A stretch of DNA of 64,000 nt, taken from positions 32,001 through 96,000 of the forward strand of contig CBDDEL010000016.1 of NCBI GenBank assembly GCA_965226885.1. The letters run 5' to 3'. The notes under the pieces are model-generated. The model did not search any database. It was not told the DNA's origin and was given only the letters and a program-made list of their open reading frames with translations. Below are positions 56,579 to 64,000 of the stretch, in pieces. Position 1 is the first letter of the stretch; every line of letters starts with the position of its first letter. The position numbers and the translations under genes are program-made. The stretch is from Opitutales bacterium (GTDB taxonomy: Bacteria > Verrucomicrobiota > Verrucomicrobiia > Opitutales > UBA2987).

Positions 56579-58655
56579 TTCCGCGCCTTCAGCTGGGCCA
56601 CCCTCGCCTGGTAGCCCTTGGAATCCGCGAAGAAGTGCGAGAAGTCGATTCGGAGGAACAGATCCCATTCCGTGAGGCCGCGGGGCTCACCTATGAGTGG
56701 TTCAAACTCGCGCCAAGCTTCATCGACATCACCGAGGACAGCGAGCGTTAACGCTGCATTCCTACGTGTGTTATTCGCAGTTAATACATCGTCTGTCGTA
56801 GCTGCGTGAGCCAACGCGATCTCACGGTACTCCAGCGCCGCCTCCTGCTCACCCGCCAGTGCTGCTAAGAGGCTGAGAAACCCCACAAAATACAGTCGTT
56901 GCGCCTCATCCCTCGCTTCTAACCTGGCAGAATATGCGCCATAGGCAGCCTTGAATCGAAGATGTGCACCCTCCGTGTCACCCCCCACCAATAGATGGAT
57001 ACCGGCATTAAAATTCACTCTATAGTAGGCCGTCGCATAAGAATGAGCAGCCGGATCTGCCGCTTCGATCCAGGCAACGGCCTCGTTGGTATCAGCAAAA
57101 ACACCACGGTATAGCAACAAGGAGGCCATTGGCCAACTCAACCGATCCGTTGGCGGAACATCGTTCATCACCCGCCTAAAGAGAGTGACATCGCCGGATT
57201 GCCTCGCCACCCGCACCGCGTGGTCGACACGGAAACTGACATCCTCCGGGAATCTTTCAATCGCCTCCGCCGCTGCAGTTATCGCCGCGTCGTAGTCCGC
57301 GCTATCGGAGAGGTGTTTGATCAGCACTCGGTGACTCCGCGGGTTTGCGGGATCGAGCTGGACCAAGCGCCGGACCGCTGTCACCATAGTATCCCAAAGC
57401 TCTAACCGACGCGCCACCTTTGCCAAAAACAGCAGTGCTTGTGTGTCGTTCGGTCTCGCGGCGGTTGCGCGCTCGAATGCGCCCAAAGCAGCCCTACGAT
57501 CAAGCGTGACATAATAATGGTAGATACCGATCGCGAAATTGCTCTCAGGGCTGTCGGGCGCGCGCGCCTGAATCTTCGCGAGAGCAGAGCGCAAACGCTG
57601 CAGGTGCCGCCCGTCAGGATCCGGGGTGAACCAAATCGCCAGACCGCTGATCTCCATCATCATCAGCCAGGCGGCGAGGAAGTCGGGGTCCAGTTCCGTT
57701 GCTCGTAGGAAATGCTCGCTGATGCCGTCGGAGTCGGACAAACTCACACCGATGGGTTCAGCGTTTCGCCGCTCAAGGCCACGCAGGTACTCGTCATAGG
57801 CCTCGATGCTGGTGGTTGGGATCTCGGCCAGGCCCACGGCCTCCTGCGGGGTGAGTTCGGCCTCGACCTGCGCGACCACAGCCTGAGCAATCTCGCTCTG
57901 GATGGCGAAAATGTTCTCCAGCGTGCGTTCATATTTATCGGCCCAGACGTGGTCGTCGGTCGCGGAGTCTATTAACTGCACTGTCACCAGGACGCTCCCG
58001 CCCGCCGCACGCTGCCTTCCAGGACATGTGAGACTCCCAGCTCACGACCGATCTCCGGCAGGCTCAGATCGCTGACCGCGTAACGTATGACCGACGTACG
58101 GGAAATCACCCGCAGATCGGCGACGCGCGACAGGTAGGTCAGCACATCCTCGTGAACACCAGCGGCGAAAAACGCGTTATCAGGGTCGGGGGAGAGGTTA
58201 GTGAAGGGAAGCACCGCGACCCCGAGGGCAAGCGCGGTCTCAACTGGCGAAACGGCTTCGGCCACCTCAGCGCTGACCACCTCTTCAGTATAAACAGGCT
58301 CCGAGCCCCGATCTATCAGAAATCTATCAATCGCAAACAGCCCGATTGCAGCTACCAACAGCACAATGACCGCAATATCGAGCTTCCTCGCCGTTTGTGT
58401 GGTCACGGAGTCTTCGGCTCGGACATTGGATTCCTTTTTCAGGCCTTCAGGCGTGAGCTCGTAAACCCAAGATATAAACAGCGTCGGCACGAGGCCAATT
58501 GCCAACAGGGTGATAAGCATCTTCATAACCCAGCCCGGCGCGCCAAAGGCATCTGCCCCCACTGCCGCGATCTGCGCCAGCACCCAGGCCGCGACAAAGT
58601 AAGCCACCGCCACCCGAATGACGTTCCGACGCTTGAGTTCACCCAAGAAACTCAT
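56575..58655 (-). pseudogene. TolB-like/TPR paralogue 2, frameshifted near 57995
   Basis: About 4 nt missing after RRAG compared with paralogue 1 (RRAGNRVRV). Confidence 0.85.
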
Positions 58656-60739
58656 TTCCGTTCCTCCAGTTGGGCCACCCTCGCCTGGTAGCCCTCGGAA
58701 TCCGCGAAGAAGTAGTGGATGTCGATTCGGAGGATTAGATCCCACTCCGTGGGGCCTCGGGGCTTACCGATGAGTGGTTCCAACTCGCGCCAGGCCTCTT
58801 CGGCCTCACCGAGGACAGCGAGCGTAAACGCTGCTTCCCGACGCAACTCATTCGCCGTCAATACATCGTCTATTGCAGCGGCGTAATCGCGCGCGCGCTG
58901 ACGTTGCTCCTGGGCCGCCTCCTGCTCACCCGCCAGCGCTGCCAAGAGGCTGAGCCGCCCCAACCTAATCAGTTGGTACGCCTCACCCCCCCCTGCGTCT
59001 AACCTAGCAGAATATCGGGCATAGGCAGCCTTGAATCGAAGGCGTGCGCCCTCCGCATTACCCCCAACCAGTAGATGGATACCTGCGGCATAGTTCATAG
59101 TACTGGGGGCCGTTGTATAAGAATGAGAAGCCGGATCTGCAGCTTCGATCCAGTCAACGGCCTGCTCGGTATCAGTAAAAACGCCACGGAACAGCAACCC
59201 GGGTCTGTACCGCCAATACAACCAAACCCATGGCGGTACCTCGTCCCTCACCCGCCTGCAGAGGGTGACATCACCTGTGTGGTGCGCCACGAGTACCGCG
59301 TGGTGGACACGGAATCTGACTTCCTCCGGGAATCTCTGAATCGCCTCCGCCGCGGCAGTTATCGCCGCGCCGTAGTCCGTGCTATCAGCGATGTGGTTAA
59401 TCAGAGGAAAGCGAAGCTTCGGGTTGGCGGGATCGAGCAGGACCGCGCGACGTATCGCTGTCACATTAGTATTCCAATGCTCTAACCGACGCGCGACCCT
59501 TGCCAAAAACAGCAGTGCTTGTGTGTCGTTCGGTCTCGCGGCGGTGGCGCGCTTTAGCGCGGCCAGGGCAGCTTTAAGATTACTCTCAATATAATACTCG
59601 TAGATACCGATCGCTAGATCGCTCTCAGGGCTGTCAGGTGCGAGCGCCTGAATCCTCGCGAGAGCAGAGAGCACACGCCGTAGGTGCAGACCGTCGGGAT
59701 CCGGGGTTAATAAAACCGCACCACCGCTAATCTCCATCATCATCAGCCAAGCGGCGAGAAAGTCCGGGTCCAGTTCCGTGGCTCGAAGGAAATGATTGCT
59801 GATGCCGTCGTAGTCGGCCCATGTATCACCAACGGCTTCAGTGTTTCGCCGCTCAAGGCCACGCAGGTATTCGTCATAAGCCTCGATGCTGGAGGTCGGG
59901 ATCTCGGCCAAGCCCGCTGCCTCCTGCGGGGTGAGTTCGGCCTCGACCCGCGCGACCACAGCCTGAGCGATCTCGGTCTGGATGGCGAAGATGTCCTCCA
60001 GCGTGCGGTCATAGTTCTCAGCCCAGACATGGGCACCGGTCGCGGAATCTATCAGTTGAAAGGTCACACGGACGCGATTTCCCGCGCGCCGCACACTGCC
60101 TCCCATGATATTTGATACACCCAAAACACGACCGATCTCCGGCAGACTCAGATCGCTGTTTGCGTAACGTTCGACCGACGGTCGGGCAATCACCCGCAGG
60201 GCCGCGACGCCCGACAGGTAGGTTAGCAGGTCCTCATGTACACCCGCGGCGAAAAACGCGTTATCAGGGTCGGGGGATAGGTTAGTGAAGGGAAGCACCG
60301 CGACGCCGAGGGCGAGCGCGGCCTCAGCTGGCGAAACGGCTTCGGCCACCTCAGCGCCGACCATTTCTTCAGTTGGTGCAGCCTCCGAACCCCAATCCAA
60401 AAGGAATCTATCAATCGCAAACAGCCCAATCGCGGCTACCAGCAGCACAATGACCGCAATATCGAGCTTCCTCGCCATATGTGTGGTGATGGAGTCTTCG
60501 GCTCGGACATTGGATTCCTTTTTTAGGCCTTCAGGCGTGAGCTCGTAAACCCAGGAAATAAACAGTGTCGGCACGAGGCCAATTGCCAACAGGGTGATAA
60601 GCATCTTCATAACCCAGCCCGGCGCGCCAAAGGCATCTGCCCCCACTGCCGCGATCTGCGCCAGCACCCAGGCCGCGACAAGGTAAGCCACCGCCACCCG
60701 AATGACGTTGCGGCGCTTGAGTTCGGCAAAGAAACTCAT
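58652..60739 (-). CDS. Membrane-anchored TolB-like/TPR protein, paralogue 1
   Basis: GAAGGA RBS, MSFFAELKRRNV start, same domain order as the other two. Confidence 0.88.
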   Translation of the reverse strand: MSFFAELKRRNVIRVAVAYLVAAWVLAQIAAVGADAFGAPGWVMKMLITLLAIGLVPTLFISWVYELTPEGLKKESNVRAEDSITTHMARKLDIAVIVLLVAAIGLFAIDRFLLDWGSEAAPTEEMVGAEVAEAVSPAEAALALGVAVLPFTNLSPDPDNAFFAAGVHEDLLTYLSGVAALRVIARPSVERYANSDLSLPEIGRVLGVSNIMGGSVRRAGNRVRVTFQLIDSATGAHVWAENYDRTLEDIFAIQTEIAQAVVARVEAELTPQEAAGLAEIPTSSIEAYDEYLRGLERRNTEAVGDTWADYDGISNHFLRATELDPDFLAAWLMMMEISGGAVLLTPDPDGLHLRRVLSALARIQALAPDSPESDLAIGIYEYYIESNLKAALAALKRATAARPNDTQALLFLARVARRLEHWNTNVTAIRRAVLLDPANPKLRFPLINHIADSTDYGAAITAAAEAIQRFPEEVRFRVHHAVLVAHHTGDVTLCRRVRDEVPPWVWLYWRYRPGLLFRGVFTDTEQAVDWIEAADPASHSYTTAPSTMNYAAGIHLLVGGNAEGARLRFKAAYARYSARLDAGGGEAYQLIRLGRLSLLAALAGEQEAAQEQRQRARDYAAAIDDVLTANELRREAAFTLAVLGEAEEAWRELEPLIGKPRGPTEWDLILRIDIHYFFADSEGYQARVAQLEERK

Positions 60740-61041
60740 CAGTCCTTCTCTTTCACCGCGAACCTTCCCCAAGAGGATCGCCCAAACATTCCCGGATCAC
60801 TCATAAGAATTCGCTTCACGGGCGGTACGGGCACTTGTCGGCGAGTTCCTCCCTGAAGCACGTTTATATGGGGAAAAAGATGCAGGAACGAGTGCCGGAA
60901 CTCAAGCACGAAGATAACTGCTGTCCAAAATAACTCAAACCGGCAGTAATGACCTGTTTAAAGCAAACATTATGGACCGTTTGGGCCGTTGATCTCGTTG
61001 GGTTAGTTCCCAAGTTTGCTTTCGGCAGTGCAGGTAGTTCT

Positions 61042-61069
61042 TTGACAGTTGAACGCCAAGGGCTATAAA
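61042..61069 (+). promoter_or_regulatory. Probable sigma70 promoter facing glnD
   Basis: TTGACA-N16-TATAAA. Confidence 0.55.
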
Positions 61070-61101
61070 ACTGCCAATTGCCATAATGGATTAAAATTAT
61101 T

Positions 61102-61903
61102 GGTAGTGTATTAAGTAGGAATGGTGGCTAATTCTTGATTATATTGATGAATGAAAAGTCTCAGACAGGTTTCATGCATACTCTTAAGCTTGGAAAAGGA
61201 GAGGGTTTTGCGTGTGAAACGACCCAGTCGTTGGCGCAGGGTATTGTTCCATCGTTCCACATGGGCCGTTTCACCGGTTTCTTTTCCCACGGATCGGTTA
61301 TGAGGAAAGACTTCATCATAAGTGCTCCAAAAGTCGCTGAAGGTGGCACATCTTTTGTAGGCCCGTGGCAGACGCTCGTAAAGTTCCCGGCAACGATACC
61401 AATCCCGAGGCCCAATGGCATAGGAGAGGATTTGACGGGTGCGTCGGCAAAGAGCGATCCAAACCCATTGGGCATCGCTCTTGCGCCCCACAAAAGACCA
61501 CAGTTCGTCCAGTTCAATGACATCATGGCGGCGGGCCGCAAGAATCGTGCTTTTGAGCGGTCGCAGCGATTGTCGTTTTTTTTAACCAACTCAAAACGGT
61601 GTTGGGACTCACCCCGAAGGCGCGCTGTAAACCGCGTAGACTGCTGCGTTCCTGATAGACTCGAAGGATCATTTCTTTTTGCTCTGCGGTGTATTTCACT
61701 GTGGGGTTTTCGCGGCTTTGTTTACCACAATCATGGCAGCGGTAGCGCTGTTTATGGTTGGGCGTCTTGCCAAATTTAATGATATTTTCACTTCCACAGT
61801 GCCGACAATTAATAATTTTAGTAACCATGCACTAAGAATAAACTGCCTAACGCTATTTATACAGCTAAAAATACAAAATAACATTCTTTTTTTATACACT
61901 ACC
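61102..61903 (-). mobile_element. IS1-family type A copy with 8-bp TSD AAATTATT
   Basis: TSD at 61094-61101 and 61904-61911. Confidence 0.96.
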
Positions 61904-61947
61904 AAATTATTGATGTGATTTAAAGTGACCGGACTGGATTGATTCCG

Positions 61948-64000
61948 ATGGAAGACCCGCTATTCAAACGTCTGAGACTGCATGCGAAGAAAAAGCTGTG
62001 CTTTACGCCCGGCAGCGACCTCGCACTCATTTTGAGCGACTGCCAAGACTACCTGCGCCTGGAAAACCAGATGATCCTGCGCTACCACCGCAAAGGAGAC
62101 AGCGGCAGGCGGGTCGCTTTTGCCCGGGCCTGCATGATCGATGTGCTCATCGAGAATCTTTTCAACCATGTTTTGAAAACCTGCCAAGGACAAACGGAAT
62201 CTGCCTGCGAAGCGATTTCTGTGGTCGCTATAGGCGGTTACGGACGGGCCGAGCTTTGCCCCTTCAGCGATATCGATTTGATGTTCCTGCATGCCGACGA
62301 CCAATCCGAGGAGCGTTTTGAGCCTATCCAAAAAGCCCTTTCCGAAACCCTCCTCTATGTGCTCTGGGACCTCGGCCTCAACCTGGGCCATTCCATCCGC
62401 ACGATCGATGAATCGATGGAAGAGGCAAAAAGCAGCATCAAGTCGAAAAACGCCATGCTCGAATCCAGGCTGGTTACCGGCTCGAAGGAGCTTTTTGCGA
62501 CCTTTCAAAAAAAATACCAGGATTTCTGCGCCGGGGATGAACCGGACAAGTATTTCGATGACCGCATCAAAGACCAGAAGGCGCGCCGCAAGAGTCAAGG
62601 TGACACCGTTTTTCTACAGGAACCCAATATTAAAAACGGGGTGGGCGGATTGCGCGATTTCCAGAATGTCCTCTGGATGGGCAGCATAAAACTGGGAGCG
62701 GGAAATCTGGAAGTTCTGGAAAAGAACCATTACCTGAGAAAAAATGATCTACGGGACTTCGAGCAAGCTTACGATTTTCTCCTGCGGGTGCGTCATGAAA
62801 TTCATTTTCAAAGCAAGAGGCGGGGCGATATCCTCAGCCTGGAAAGACAGCCCACGGTAGCCCTCAAGCTCGGTTATCGAGATAAAAATATTTTTCGGCG
62901 GGTCGAATCCTTCATGCGGGACTACTATAGCGCCACCCGCAAAATTCAACAAATCTCCGTTATCCTGGAACAACTTCTGACGCGGTCGAATGTCAAACCG
63001 GGCGAAAAGAAACCCCCAAAACGGGCTGTGGAAAAAGGCTACCCGGTGGATGGTTTTCTTTTGCATGAAGGGTTCATGTCTTTCCAGAACGAAATGGTAT
63101 TTTCCGAAGATGCCGAGAGGCTGGTGCGGGTTTTCCGGCACAGCCAACAATTTCAAGTCGATCTCGATTTCGACTTGCGAAACCTCGTTACCGAATCGCT
63201 CCCTTTATTAACGGGGAAAGTCATCCACTCGCCAAGCGCCAATCGCAGCTTCCGCTCTCTTTTACTGACTCCGGGAGAGGCCTTTAAACCGCTCAGCCTG
63301 ATGCACGAGCTCGGAGTATTGGGCCGCTTTGTGCCGGAATTCGACGCCCTCAACTGCCTTGTGCAGCACGAGTATTACCATCGCTACACGGCCGATATTC
63401 ATACCCTGGAAACGATCCACCATCTTGACCGGATTATTGACGGGCAATCTCATTATACTAATAAATATCATCGGGAGATCCACCAATTACAGACACCCGG
63501 CCTTCTTTATATCATCTTGCTGCTGCACGATATCGGCAAAGGGATCGGCATCGAAGGTCATGCCGTTCAAGGCGCCAAGCTGGCTGCTGGCGTCATCGAC
63601 CGGCTGCAATTAAGCAAGAGGCAAAAGGAGCAAGCCCTCTTCATAATCGAAAATCACCTCGAAATGTCCCGTTTCTGGCGAAAGCACGACGTGGACGATC
63701 CGGCCGCGGCCGAACAATTTGCCGAAATAATCGGAGACCGGGAAACCCTGCGTTTGCTCTATGTGCATACCTACTGCGACACGCGGGGAACGGCCGAGCA
63801 AATGTGGAACGGCTTCAAGGACATGCTCCACACAACCCTTTTCGATAACACCCTGGCCGTGTTGGGCGAGGCGCCCGAAGTTCTCCGGCCAGCCGAACCG
63901 ACTTTGCAATCGCTGGCAAATCTGATTCCGGAAATCCCCCTTGAAGAGGTCGAGGCCCACTGCCGGAACCTCCCGGAACGTTATTTTTCAAGTAACGATA
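61948..64000 (+). CDS. glnD: [Protein-PII] uridylyltransferase (partial, runs off the window)
   Basis: AIGGYGR.EL.PFSDIDL, EPNIKNG.GGLRD, QHEYYHRYTAD.H, LLHDIGKG. Confidence 0.95.
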   Translation, partial: MEDPLFKRLRLHAKKKLCFTPGSDLALILSDCQDYLRLENQMILRYHRKGDSGRRVAFARACMIDVLIENLFNHVLKTCQGQTESACEAISVVAIGGYGRAELCPFSDIDLMFLHADDQSEERFEPIQKALSETLLYVLWDLGLNLGHSIRTIDESMEEAKSSIKSKNAMLESRLVTGSKELFATFQKKYQDFCAGDEPDKYFDDRIKDQKARRKSQGDTVFLQEPNIKNGVGGLRDFQNVLWMGSIKLGAGNLEVLEKNHYLRKNDLRDFEQAYDFLLRVRHEIHFQSKRRGDILSLERQPTVALKLGYRDKNIFRRVESFMRDYYSATRKIQQISVILEQLLTRSNVKPGEKKPPKRAVEKGYPVDGFLLHEGFMSFQNEMVFSEDAERLVRVFRHSQQFQVDLDFDLRNLVTESLPLLTGKVIHSPSANRSFRSLLLTPGEAFKPLSLMHELGVLGRFVPEFDALNCLVQHEYYHRYTADIHTLETIHHLDRIIDGQSHYTNKYHREIHQLQTPGLLYIILLLHDIGKGIGIEGHAVQGAKLAAGVIDRLQLSKRQKEQALFIIENHLEMSRFWRKHDVDDPAAAEQFAEIIGDRETLRLLYVHTYCDTRGTAEQMWNGFKDMLHTTLFDNTLAVLGEAPEVLRPAEPTLQSLANLIPEIPLEEVEAHCRNLPERYFSSND

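Overview
This 64 kb window is bacterial chromosome saturated with insertion sequences. The core genes resemble Verrucomicrobiota/Opitutia, which is an inference from protein style only. About 23-24 kb (~37%) is IS DNA: two IS1 types, two IS3 types, IS21, IS630, IS1380 types and an IS5/ISNCY-like element, often nested and often without matching target duplications. Intact genes include a SYLF protein, cdd, a KamA-family enzyme, ArsR, merR with a thioredoxin-like/MerC fusion, a Cache protein, a sigma54 response regulator, a CHASE2 cyclase, FtsB-like, ExeA-like, tRNA-Leu(TAA) and glnD (runs off the end). An exopolysaccharide export locus and a FecR-TPR-barrel / secreted protein / CHASE2-cyclase locus are pseudogenised, and most of these genes reconstruct in frame once the lesions are removed. 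The strongest unexplained signals are: (1) about a dozen exact head-to-tail duplications of 9-26 bp with 0-2 nt junction microhomology; (2) one of these amplified into a 26 x 26-bp array inside wzc and split by IS3; (3) a ~5.9 kb tRNA-Leu island with an intact integrase, 60-bp att repeats, four copies of a palindrome, and an integron cassette (methyltransferase plus 59-bp attC) with no intI; (4) an IS1 whose two ORFs are joined in the +1 rather than -1 frame; (5) three translationally coupled TolB-like/TPR paralogues. Some small indels may be long-read sequencing errors.
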